NCBI GenBank assembly: GCA_003228115.1
Contig: QEVV01000007.1
Location: forward strand, 166-64,165
Direction of reading: 5' to 3'
Length of the DNA stretch: 64,000 bases
Source of the DNA: Chloroflexota bacterium
Lineage (GTDB): Bacteria; Chloroflexota; Dehalococcoidia; Lucifugimonadales; SAR202-VII-2
This document shows, one piece after another, positions 47,315 to 56,366 of the stretch; position 1 is the stretch's first letter; every line of letters starts with the position of its first letter. A program made the position numbers and the translations under genes. The notes beneath the pieces are model-generated. The model saw only the letters and a list, made by a program, of their open reading frames with translations. It had not been told where the DNA came from and did no database searches.

Positions 47315-47731
47315 ATAGCTGCGCAAAGGCCCCTGCCCAACATCGATGAGGATAACCAGGACTTCTGGGAGGCTATCCGCCGCCACGAGTTCAAGCTCTA
47401 TCGCTGCACTACCTGCGAGGCGTGGTACTGGCCGTTTGCTTACTGCCGGAACCACTCCAATGAGCCCTTCGCAGCAAACATTCAGTTGGCTGATGCCAGC
47501 GGAAGGGGAAAGGTTTTCTCTTTTAACGTACATAACGTCGCCTTCGATCAGGCTTTCAAGGACGATGTGCCCTATGTCTATGCGATGATCGAGTTGGACG
47601 AAGGCCCCATGTTCGCCACCAATGTCGTAGAGTGCCCCTCTGAGGATGTTTCAATCGGCATGCCGGTGGAGATCGTCTTTCAGGATATGGACGAAACAGT
47701 TACCCTGCCCAAAATGCGCCCAGCCCATTAG
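47315..47731 (+). CDS. DUF35 (zinc-ribbon + OB-fold) acyl-CoA-associated protein; non-canonical start
   Basis: 'FWEAIRRHEFKLYRCTTCEAWYWPFAYC...GKVFSFNVHN...YVYAMIELDEGP...VEIVF'. The frame is open only from 47297. The first canonical start (TTG 47486) would delete the zinc ribbon. Confidence 0.8.
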   Translation: MAAQRPLPNIDEDNQDFWEAIRRHEFKLYRCTTCEAWYWPFAYCRNHSNEPFAANIQLADASGRGKVFSFNVHNVAFDQAFKDDVPYVYAMIELDEGPMFATNVVECPSEDVSIGMPVEIVFQDMDETVTLPKMRPAH

Positions 47732-47801
47732 CGGCCCCCAGCAGCGATTCTCGCGACGGGCGAGAGGCTGCTGGACGATGTGGAGAGGGAGAAGGTTCTG
47801 C

Positions 47802-49061
47802 ATGAAGCAAGCACAGCGTCCGGAGACTTCTGCTTCCCCAGCAGGCCGGGACCCACAGGACGCGCCGCCACTGGACGGCATCCGGGTGCTAGACTTCAGC
47901 CACGTACTGGCCGGTCCCTTCAGCACCCGGTTATTAGCCGACTTGGGTGCGGAAGTCCTCAAGGTGGAGTCGTCTGTTCGGCCCGATCGCCTCGGCGCCA
48001 CCAAAATGGAACTACCTCCGCATCGCCGCCAAGACCGTCCCCCTTTCTTCCTCAACGTGAATCGGAACAAGCACTCCATCACACTGAACCTCAAGACCGC
48101 CGGTGGGCGACAGCTAGCGGCGAAGTTGGCAGCCAAGGCCGACGTGCTCGTAGAGAACTTTAGTGCCGGGGTGATGGACCGATTGGGGCTAGGTTTCGCT
48201 AACTTGGAGCCAATGAACCCGGGTCTCATCTTCGTTAGCATGTCCGGGTTCGGCCATACAGGGCCGCGACGCGACTGGATCAGCATGAACATGACCCTGC
48301 AGGCCTACTCAGGGCTGCTAATGGTCACGGGCGCACCCGGCGACCTTCCTACGTCCATCTCCAATTCTTGGAACGACTACATCGGGGGACTCCACGCTAG
48401 CTTCGGCGTTGTCGAAGCCTTGGCCGAGCGCGAGAAGACGGGCAAGGGGAAGCACCTCGACTTCGCCCAACTGGAATGCAGCGTGGCCACCATTGCCCCC
48501 TTGGTGCTTGCCAGTGCCTACCACGGCAAGGAACCAGCCCGCATGGGAGATCGTTCTACCAGTGTGGCGCCCCAAGGCTGCTACAGATGCGCTAGGGAGG
48601 ATGACTGGTGCACGTTAAGCGTGCAGACGGATGAGCAGTGGCAGGCACTGGTTCAAGCGATGGGTAACCCAGACTGGGCAAGTGACGAGCGATTCGCTCT
48701 CGTGCTTGGCAGGCTGAACCATCACGACGAACTGGATGGGCACATAGAAGCTTGGACCAGCCAATATTCAAGCATCGAGGTTGAGCACCGCCTCAAGGCC
48801 GCTGGCGTACCAGCTGAACGAATGAGGCGAATCGACGAGATCGTTGGCGCCTCGGATGCAGGCCAGGCGTTCCAATGGATGGAAGACCCACCGGATGCTA
48901 TGCTGGTCACCCGTTTACCGATGGAACTCGACGTTGGCGGCAGTGCCCCGCTGGCGCCAGCACCCAGACTTGGGGAGCATACGAACCAGGCCCTACAAGA
49001 TTGGTTGGGCATGTCTACGGAAGACATCGCACCATTCACCGACGAAGGTGCCCTTACCTAA
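47802..49061 (+). CDS. Family III (CaiB/BaiF) CoA-transferase
   Basis: 'GIRVLDFSHVLAGPFSTRLLADLGAEVLKVE'. ATG 47802 has a GAGGGAGAAGG SD. Confidence 0.9.
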   Translation: MKQAQRPETSASPAGRDPQDAPPLDGIRVLDFSHVLAGPFSTRLLADLGAEVLKVESSVRPDRLGATKMELPPHRRQDRPPFFLNVNRNKHSITLNLKTAGGRQLAAKLAAKADVLVENFSAGVMDRLGLGFANLEPMNPGLIFVSMSGFGHTGPRRDWISMNMTLQAYSGLLMVTGAPGDLPTSISNSWNDYIGGLHASFGVVEALAEREKTGKGKHLDFAQLECSVATIAPLVLASAYHGKEPARMGDRSTSVAPQGCYRCAREDDWCTLSVQTDEQWQALVQAMGNPDWASDERFALVLGRLNHHDELDGHIEAWTSQYSSIEVEHRLKAAGVPAERMRRIDEIVGASDAGQAFQWMEDPPDAMLVTRLPMELDVGGSAPLAPAPRLGEHTNQALQDWLGMSTEDIAPFTDEGALT

Positions 49062-49115
49062 CAGGAACGGTGACGCTGAGACCCTTGGCAAGAGGCGTGA
49101 AGGAGGCGTAGGTCA

Positions 49116-50246
49116 TTGGCCCGCATTATTGACCTCACCGCACATTCGGCGGTCTACGCTACTCGGCTTCTCGTGGAAAGCGGCCACGAGGTGATTCGCA
49201 TTGAACCGCCCCGGGGGGACAGCCTCCGCCGCTTGGGCCCCTTTCTTGCCGAGGCGCCGGACTTGGAACACGGGGCCTACCACCTTTTCCTCAACGCTGG
49301 AAAGCGGAACCTGACCCTAGACTTAACGAGCGCCACTGGTCGTGAGATCTTGTTGTCGCTCGTTAGCACGGCAGACGCAGTGGTGGGTCAGTCCCCTTTC
49401 CCCGTAAGTCGAGAGGATGTAAAGCAGGCCAATCCCCGCCTTGTGACCGTGGAAGTCGAAGACGACGCCAGCCCAGAGCTGTGCGCCTACGCTAGGTCCG
49501 GACTGCTGGCGATCACGGGACACCCAGGGAGTCGGCCCGCGGTATTAGGGGGGCACATCGTTTACGGCGGCAGCGGATTATACGTTGCCCTAGCTGCGAC
49601 GGTTGCCCTGTATCAAGCCCAACGGTTGGGAAGGGGTTCGACAATAAAAGTCTCGCTGCAACAATGCCTGGAGACCTTCGTCGAAGCCGCCATGGTCGCT
49701 TACACGTTTGAAGACCGCATCACTCAGCGTCGCGGCTACCGGGGGGCTAGTACCGCCGTCTCGGGGGCCTTTCCCTGCCAGGACGGCTACTGGATGATCA
49801 GCGTGCCCCATTCTCCTACGGGGTGGCGGGCCTTTGTGGAATGGGTCAACGATCCTGTCCTCATGGCGGACACGTCACTGGAGCATGAGGCTAACCGATT
49901 AGAAAATAGGGATATGATCCTTGACCGCCTGGCGGAGTGGTCGCGTCAGTTCAAAAAACAAGAGATCGTGGAGGAAGCACAGCGGCGACACATCCCAGCC
50001 TCCCCGGTCGCTACCGCTCTCGACATGGTGCACGACCCTCAGCTTGAAGCCCGGGGCTTCTTTGATCATGTCGACCACCCTACCCTCGGCTCTTGGAATT
50101 GGAACCCTCGCGGCGCTGTGGGCGTGGTTTCCGGAAGGACAGTGGGCCCGGCCCCTAGGCTTGGGCAGCACACCGCAGAGATTCTGCGGGAACTCGGCTA
50201 CTCTGAAGAGGATCATCGACGCCTGCTGGAAGCGGGGGTCGTCTAG
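49116..50246 (+). CDS. Family III CoA-transferase paralogue (divergent N-terminus)
   Basis: 'ARIIDLTAHSAVYATRLLVESGHEVIRIEPPRGD...'. TTG start after GAAGGAGG. Confidence 0.85.
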   Translation: MARIIDLTAHSAVYATRLLVESGHEVIRIEPPRGDSLRRLGPFLAEAPDLEHGAYHLFLNAGKRNLTLDLTSATGREILLSLVSTADAVVGQSPFPVSREDVKQANPRLVTVEVEDDASPELCAYARSGLLAITGHPGSRPAVLGGHIVYGGSGLYVALAATVALYQAQRLGRGSTIKVSLQQCLETFVEAAMVAYTFEDRITQRRGYRGASTAVSGAFPCQDGYWMISVPHSPTGWRAFVEWVNDPVLMADTSLEHEANRLENRDMILDRLAEWSRQFKKQEIVEEAQRRHIPASPVATALDMVHDPQLEARGFFDHVDHPTLGSWNWNPRGAVGVVSGRTVGPAPRLGQHTAEILRELGYSEEDHRRLLEAGVV

Positions 50247-50287
50247 GCAATATCTGGCGTTCGGCACTGAGTGAAAGGAGATTGACG

Positions 50288-51541
50288 ATGGAAACGAAGT
50301 CGCGAGAGCTGTTCAACCCGGAGACTGGTCTGGTTACCCGGGAGGCCTTCAGTTCGTTGGACCTCTATCAACAGGAATTGGAGCGCATCTTTGCCCGGTG
50401 TTGGCTGTATGTGGGACATGAGACCCAGGTGCCCAACCCAGGGGACTTCTTGACCGCCTACATGGGAGAAGACCCCGTCATCGTGTGGCGGGACGCTGAG
50501 GCCCGCCTCCACACCTTCTTAAACATGTGCCGGCACCGCGGCAACCCTGTGTGCAAGGCAGATTCCGGCAATGCTCGCTCCTTTATGTGCACATATCATG
50601 GGTGGACCTACGATTCCAAGGGCAGTCTCATTACCGTCCCAGGGATGCAGCAGTACTACTTCAATGATCTGGACACCAATCAATGGGGCCTTGTCGAAGT
50701 AGCGCAGCTGGACACCTACAAGGGACTCATTTTTGCCACCTTCGATCGCAACGCCCCCCCGCTTCATGAGTATCTCGCCGTGGACGGCTGGGACATGGAC
50801 TTGCTGTTGGACAGGAGAGCAGGCGGTACAGAGATCCTCGGCGGAGTCCACCGGTGGACTCTAGACGCCAACTGGAAATTTGGCGCGGACAACTTCGGAG
50901 GGGACGACGGACACCACGCGATCACCCACGCTTCCGTGCGACGCGTACCGGTGGACAACCGGTATTACAGCAAGAACAACGAAGAGCGGATGGCTCCCGA
51001 CGCCCTGCTGGCGACCCTGCCCCAGGGCACGATCCGGGACTACTACCTTCAGCATCTGGACGAAGCCGAGGAGCGGCTGGGTCTTGAGCGCTCCAGGGCC
51101 AACCTTATGGTCACGAACGTGTTCCCCAACTGCTCGGTAAACTTCACTCGAAACACCGTGCGGGTCTGGCATCCTAAGGGTCCAGGTCAAACGGAGATAT
51201 GGTCCTACTGCATCGTGGAAAAGGATGCACCCCAGGAGGTGAAGGACGCCCTTTTGCTCCACTACTTACAGACATTTGGACCGGCTGGGAACGTTGAGCA
51301 GGACGATATGAACAACTGGGCCGGTTGCACGGCCACCGCCCGAGGCTGGGTAGCCAGGCAGTACCCCATGAACATCCAGGCTGGGCTCGGGCATGACGAG
51401 GACAGCCCTTCTGGAGGCACCCGGCTGCGCGGCTTCTATTCCCAATGGGCCGAGATGATGACTGCTGAGAGATGGGAGGACGCCCAACTTCACACAGTGC
51501 CGACTTTCTTGCGGGCGACTGGGCAGGTGGGAACCAAATGA
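50288..51541 (+). CDS. Rieske non-haem iron ring-hydroxylating oxygenase, alpha subunit
   Basis: Rieske motif 'CRHRGNPVC...CTYHGWTY'. Mononuclear Fe site 'GGDDGHHAITH'. Confidence 0.92.
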   Translation: METKSRELFNPETGLVTREAFSSLDLYQQELERIFARCWLYVGHETQVPNPGDFLTAYMGEDPVIVWRDAEARLHTFLNMCRHRGNPVCKADSGNARSFMCTYHGWTYDSKGSLITVPGMQQYYFNDLDTNQWGLVEVAQLDTYKGLIFATFDRNAPPLHEYLAVDGWDMDLLLDRRAGGTEILGGVHRWTLDANWKFGADNFGGDDGHHAITHASVRRVPVDNRYYSKNNEERMAPDALLATLPQGTIRDYYLQHLDEAEERLGLERSRANLMVTNVFPNCSVNFTRNTVRVWHPKGPGQTEIWSYCIVEKDAPQEVKDALLLHYLQTFGPAGNVEQDDMNNWAGCTATARGWVARQYPMNIQAGLGHDEDSPSGGTRLRGFYSQWAEMMTAERWEDAQLHTVPTFLRATGQVGTK

Positions 51542-52047
51542 GTCATGAGCTATGGCATGAGGTCGAAGCATTCCTGGCCTTGGAGTCGCGATTGTTGGAT
51601 GAGCAACAGTTCGAGGAATGGCTGGACCTGTTTTCGGAGGACGCCACTTATCGCATGCCGCTGCGCATGAATCCCTGGCGGAGCAGCAGTCCTAAGGATG
51701 GCGTTACCAAGCCCGGAGAGTTGTTGCTCTTTGATGACACGAAGGACACGCTGAAGGCCAGGGTTGCCAGGCTTCGCACAGGCCTGGCTTGGAGGGAGAT
51801 CCCCGCATCAAGGACCCGTCACCTAATCACCAACATTGAAGTGGAACAGCTTTCCGATTCCTCTGAGTTGATCGTGTTATCCAACTTCCTTGTGTACAGG
51901 ACCCAATTGGAACGCGACAGAGATTTTTTCGTGGGTTCCCGGAAGGATACGCTGTGCCGCATTGATGGAGCCTTGAAGATCGCCAAGCGTGAGCTGCTAT
52001 TAGACGACGTTGTGTTGCCAGCCAAGAACCTCAGCATCTTTTTCTAG
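51538..52047 (+). CDS. Ring-hydroxylating oxygenase beta subunit (SnoaL/NTF2-like)
   Basis: ATGA overlap with the alpha subunit. 'EVEAFLALESRLLDEQQFEEWLDLFSEDATYRMP'. Confidence 0.9.
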   Translation: MSHELWHEVEAFLALESRLLDEQQFEEWLDLFSEDATYRMPLRMNPWRSSSPKDGVTKPGELLLFDDTKDTLKARVARLRTGLAWREIPASRTRHLITNIEVEQLSDSSELIVLSNFLVYRTQLERDRDFFVGSRKDTLCRIDGALKIAKRELLLDDVVLPAKNLSIFF

Positions 52048-52369
52048 TGCGATTGTCCTCCTTCATCTTCGTCCGAACCAGTTGGGGGGGATTTCCCTAT
52101 CTCTTCAGGCAAGGGCTCCATTCACTCCGGCGCTCCATCACCTCCTTGCTGGGAGTCCTCCACCCACTCCTAGGCCATCTCAAACTGCCCCTGCCTTAAG
52201 GCCAGCGAGCATCCACTTCAGCAGCGAAGCGCCGCCCTAGTTGCTGGCGACAGCCAGGTGGGGCGCACGTCCGGCCCCGATAGACGATCACCCCTTGGCT
52301 CTTCCCGAGATCTCAGAACCGGTTCCCCCGAACAACGATGACTACATGGTGGCTTTTCCCCCTTCGTTT

Positions 52370-52425
52370 TAGGGTTGTCAAGGCACGCGTTTCAGGGTTG
52401 ACAAGGCACGCGGAGGTCTTTAAAG
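52370..52425 (+). promoter_or_regulatory. Two 19-nt direct repeats overlapping a sigma70-like promoter
   Basis: agggttgtcaaggcacgcg (52370-52388) and agggttgacaaggcacgcg (52393-52411). TTGACA (52397), a 17-nt spacer, then TAAAGT (52420). Confidence 0.5.
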
Positions 52426-52720
52426 TGGGCAGGCGATGCAGTAAGTGAACCACCGCTCGCAACAAAGTCACAATGCGCGGCATCGTTCCAGGGGCGCCCA
52501 TAGGTGTCTGGTGCCCCACCGCCGAAAAGCGAGCCCCTGACCCCATTTTCCCGACGACACTCAGCACAATCCAATACGCATGTCAGTAAGCGCACACTTA
52601 GTTAAGGGGCGCGGCCAGGAGGAGGAAAACTGAGCCTAGCAGCGTTTGTCTAAACGCTCCGACGATAGCCCACCGCAGTCAACACACCCACACTGCGGTC
52701 AACACAAAGGGAGGGACTCC

Positions 52721-54376
52721 ATGAAGATTCGACGATTCAGATGGTTATCCAGTAGGGTTACAGTGTTCTTGACGCTGTCAGCGCTCGCTCTGTTCGTGGG
52801 CGCGTGCAGCAGTGATCCAACTGCCACTCAGGCGCCCCAAGCGACGTCTACAGTTGCTCCCACGGCCACGTCTGCTCCGACAAATACGGCCGTCCCGGGG
52901 GCCACGGCCACAGCTGTCCCCCCGGCGCCAACAGTGGACACTTCGGGCATCAAGCGCGGCGGCACACTTAAGATCGGGATGCTGTCCGACCACATCGGTT
53001 TCGAGCCGGGCCTCGTCACTGCGTTGCCGGACATTGTAACTATCCAACACACATACGATGTTTTGGTGTTCCGCAACCCAGACCTAACACTGAGCCCGGC
53101 GCTGGCAGAGTCGTGGGAAACCAACGAAGATGCGTCGCAATGGACGTTTAACCTCCGCAAAGGGGTGAAGTTCAGCCACGGCAAGGAATTCAAGGCCGAG
53201 GATGTCATCTTCACCATTAACCGCATGTTCGAAATTGACTCTCCCATAACCGGCGCATTGTCCAAACCGACTGCTATGGTGGCGGTAGACGACTACACGG
53301 TCCGTCTGGAGTTCGATGGGCCCAACGCTCCGCTTCTAGACTCCCTGGTCAAGTACCACTCCCACATAATTCCATCAGATGTGGACCCGGAGCGCCTCAA
53401 CACTGAGACCATTGGAACCGGGCCTTTCGTCATGACGGATTTCGTCGTTGGGGAACGGGCCTCATTCAAGGCCAACCCCAACTACTGGATGGAGGGCGTG
53501 CCCTACGTGGATGAAATGCACTATATCTTCCTCCCGAGCCCTGAGGCACGCGCCGCGGCGCTCAAGGCCGGACTGATAGACATGATCTACGACTTGGACG
53601 CTTCCAGTATCCCCACCCTGCAGGACCACCCTGACACGACCGTGCTGCAGGCGCCCAGTGGTGGCTACATGAACCTTGCTATGATCGTGACGGAGCCGCC
53701 GTTTGACAACAAGCTGGTGCGCAAGGCGGTACAGGCGGCCACCGACAGGCAAGCGATTCTGCAGGGCGCTCAATTCGGACTGGGAGGCATCGCCTACGAC
53801 CATCCGGTTGTACCCACTGACCCTCGCTTCAATGCCGACTGCAAGCCGCCCGACTACAGCCCTGAGCTGGCCAAGAGCCTGTTGGCTGAAGCTGGATATC
53901 CCAATGGTATCGACTTGACCCTGTACACCTCCACAGCCGGCGCCTCCATGGTGGAGATGGCCACGATACTCAAGGAGAGTTTCAGGCCGGCCGGTATCAA
54001 CCTTGATATCGTTGTGATGCCGGAGGACGGCTATTGGGCAGAAGGATGGTTGGTCAAGCCATTCACCACCGTTTGGTGGGGCGGCCGGCCACCATACGAG
54101 GCCTTCAGCGTGGTATACAGCTCCGATGCCGCTTGGAATGAGTCTTTCTGGAAGAACGATAGGGCGGACGCCTTGCTCAAGGAAGCATTGGGGGCAGCCA
54201 GCCTCGAAGACCAGAAGAGGGTCTACGGCGAACTTCAGTGCTTGGTTATCGAGGAGGTCCCGCGCATCATTACGGTCTTCCGGCCAGTGACCCTAGGAGT
54301 TCGCAACGATGTTATGGGGGCCGCTCCCATGTGGGACGCCACGATGTCGGTGCACAAGGTTTGGCTGGACCGGTAG
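52721..54376 (+). CDS. ABC transporter substrate-binding lipoprotein, family 5 (Opp/Dpp/Nik type)
   Basis: ATG 52721 follows AAGGGAGGGA. Lipobox 'LFVGAC', a Thr/Ala/Pro linker, then an SBP_bac_5-like body. Confidence 0.9.
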   Translation: MKIRRFRWLSSRVTVFLTLSALALFVGACSSDPTATQAPQATSTVAPTATSAPTNTAVPGATATAVPPAPTVDTSGIKRGGTLKIGMLSDHIGFEPGLVTALPDIVTIQHTYDVLVFRNPDLTLSPALAESWETNEDASQWTFNLRKGVKFSHGKEFKAEDVIFTINRMFEIDSPITGALSKPTAMVAVDDYTVRLEFDGPNAPLLDSLVKYHSHIIPSDVDPERLNTETIGTGPFVMTDFVVGERASFKANPNYWMEGVPYVDEMHYIFLPSPEARAAALKAGLIDMIYDLDASSIPTLQDHPDTTVLQAPSGGYMNLAMIVTEPPFDNKLVRKAVQAATDRQAILQGAQFGLGGIAYDHPVVPTDPRFNADCKPPDYSPELAKSLLAEAGYPNGIDLTLYTSTAGASMVEMATILKESFRPAGINLDIVVMPEDGYWAEGWLVKPFTTVWWGGRPPYEAFSVVYSSDAAWNESFWKNDRADALLKEALGAASLEDQKRVYGELQCLVIEEVPRIITVFRPVTLGVRNDVMGAAPMWDATMSVHKVWLDR

Positions 54377-54425
54377 TACAAGTCCATAAATAAGGTTGTC
54401 TGGAGCCACTTGGCTTCAGAGCCAA

Positions 54426-54467
54426 CCGGCAAGATGAGGGGCCTTGATAGGCCCCTCATCTTGCCGG
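54426..54467 (+). promoter_or_regulatory. 18-bp perfect intercistronic stem-loop between SBP and permease genes
   Basis: ccggcaagatgaggggcc / ggcccctcatcttgccgg with a 6-nt loop and no U-tract. Confidence 0.6.
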
Positions 54468-54489
54468 GCCTGCCGACAGAGAATACCCC

Positions 54490-55434
54490 ATGTTGCGTTA
54501 CATAATTAGGCGCTTGGGCCTCATTATCGTCACCCTAGCGGTCATCTCCCTGGCCATATTCGCCATTGTGGAGATCCTACCCGGTGACGTGGCCAAGATG
54601 ATGCTGAAGCAAAACGCCACGGAAGAGTCCCTGGACCGGCTACGCGAGCAGTTGGGCCTGTACCGGCCCTGGTACGAACGGTATTTCGATTGGGTGTGGG
54701 GAGTCTTGCGCGGCGATTGGGGCACCTCCTACGTCACCGGGATTCCAATTAGCGAAATCCTGGGCAGACGGGTTGTCCACTCCCTCGCGCTGGCGCTCTT
54801 CGCGCTGGTCTTTGGCATTCCTCTGGCGGTGCTCGCCGGCATCTGGGCTGGCATCCGCCCCGACCGGCTGGCGGATCGAATCATGTCCATGGTGGGCATG
54901 GTAGGAATTTCCATGCCTGAGTTCGTGACCGGTGTGATCTTCATGCTTGTGCTAGCATCCAAATTCGAGTTGCTGCCACCAACCAGTATGATGCTACCGG
55001 GCGAAACACCTTGGACGCGGCCGCAGATATTGGTTTTGCCCGCGCTCACGCTCACGGTGGTGCTGTTCGCATACATCATGCGCATGACCCGTGCAAGCGT
55101 GATAGAGGTGATGCAGTCAGCCTACGTGCGCACGGCCACCCTCAAGGGTATTCCCATGCACCAGGTGGTCCGCCGCCATGTCCTGCCCAACGCCATGTTG
55201 CCTACCATCACCATTATCGCGGCGAACATGGGCTACATGCTGGGTGGCCTGATCATCGTGGAGAACGTCTTTGCCTACCCAGGCTTAGGCCAGATGCTCC
55301 TTTTCTCTATCCAGCAGCGAGACTTCCCCCTGTTGGAGAGCCTGGTGCTGTTGATTGCAGGCACCTACGCCATTAGCAATCTGTTGGCCGACCTCAGCTA
55401 CGCAGCTTTGGACCCCAGGATTCGGGTGAGTTGA
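54490..55434 (+). CDS. ABC transporter permease (DppB/OppB-like)
   Basis: 314 aa, 6 TM helices, 'MLRYIIRRLGLIIVTL' N-terminus typical of this family. Confidence 0.92.
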   Translation: MLRYIIRRLGLIIVTLAVISLAIFAIVEILPGDVAKMMLKQNATEESLDRLREQLGLYRPWYERYFDWVWGVLRGDWGTSYVTGIPISEILGRRVVHSLALALFALVFGIPLAVLAGIWAGIRPDRLADRIMSMVGMVGISMPEFVTGVIFMLVLASKFELLPPTSMMLPGETPWTRPQILVLPALTLTVVLFAYIMRMTRASVIEVMQSAYVRTATLKGIPMHQVVRRHVLPNAMLPTITIIAANMGYMLGGLIIVENVFAYPGLGQMLLFSIQQRDFPLLESLVLLIAGTYAISNLLADLSYAALDPRIRVS

Positions 55435-56366
55435 TGGCTACAGAGGGCTATATTGCAGGTTCAGGGTTTTCGCCAAGGAGAGTTGGCGCAGCATTGACGC
55501 ATACTTGGCACAAAGGACTGGGCGCGCTACGCTTGGTGTTGCGCACCACCTCCGGCCGCATCGGCCTGCCCATCGTCCTAGTGCATGCGGTCATCTTCGT
55601 CGCGGGCTCCTGGCTCGCCCCCTACTCATTTACTTCGTTCAACCTCGCCGAGGATGGCACTCTTGAGCAGCTCGTGGGCCCGTCCCGGCACTTCTTATTG
55701 GGGACGGACCAGTTCGGCCGGGACATACTGAGCAGGGTTATGTCTGGCTCCACGTCCTTGATTGCGGTGGCCGGCTCCGGCACTCTTTTGGGCATCGCCA
55801 TGGGCTCCATCGTGGGGATGGGCAGCGCCTACATGGGGAAATGGGTGGACGAGGTAGTCATGCGCATTATGGATGGCCTGATGTCCTTCCCTAGCCTGCT
55901 TATGGCACTACTGGTGATCTCCGCCTTGGGCCCCAACGTGCTTTATATCGTTGCAACGGTAGCAATTGTGACTACACCCGGTGTCGCTCGCGTGATGCGA
56001 AGCGCCACGCTGACGCTCAAAGAGCAGGAATTCGTGCAAAGCGCCCGCTTGCGCGGGGAGTCGGCGCCATACATCATCTTCCGCGAAATCTTGCCCAATA
56101 CCTTGCCCGTCATGGGCGTAGAGCTCACGGTCCGCCTCAGCTACTCAATTCTCATAGTCGCCTCACTCGGATTTCTGGGTTTGGGCGTCCAGCCGCCATC
56201 TCCTGACTGGGGGCTCATGATCAGCCAGGGCCGCCAGTTCCTCAGCAGTGCCCCCTGGGTTGCGCTGGCGCCTGCGGGTGCAGTTGCCTCCTTGATCGTT
56301 GGCGTCAATCTCTTGACCGATGGTATCCGGCAGGCCAGTAACATGCCTAGAGAGGTCGCTCCATGA
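55431..56366 (+). CDS. ABC transporter permease (DppC/OppC-like)
   Basis: 311-aa polytopic protein. ATG 55434 overlaps the upstream stop (TGATG). Confidence 0.9.
   Translation: MMATEGYIAGSGFSPRRVGAALTHTWHKGLGALRLVLRTTSGRIGLPIVLVHAVIFVAGSWLAPYSFTSFNLAEDGTLEQLVGPSRHFLLGTDQFGRDILSRVMSGSTSLIAVAGSGTLLGIAMGSIVGMGSAYMGKWVDEVVMRIMDGLMSFPSLLMALLVISALGPNVLYIVATVAIVTTPGVARVMRSATLTLKEQEFVQSARLRGESAPYIIFREILPNTLPVMGVELTVRLSYSILIVASLGFLGLGVQPPSPDWGLMISQGRQFLSSAPWVALAPAGAVASLIVGVNLLTDGIRQASNMPREVAP

Noticed and set aside
47346-47588. 80-aa track ORF starting with ATG after the thiolase-like gene.
   Set aside because: It is out of frame relative to the clearly conserved DUF35 reading frame and gives a low-complexity Ser/Arg-rich translation.
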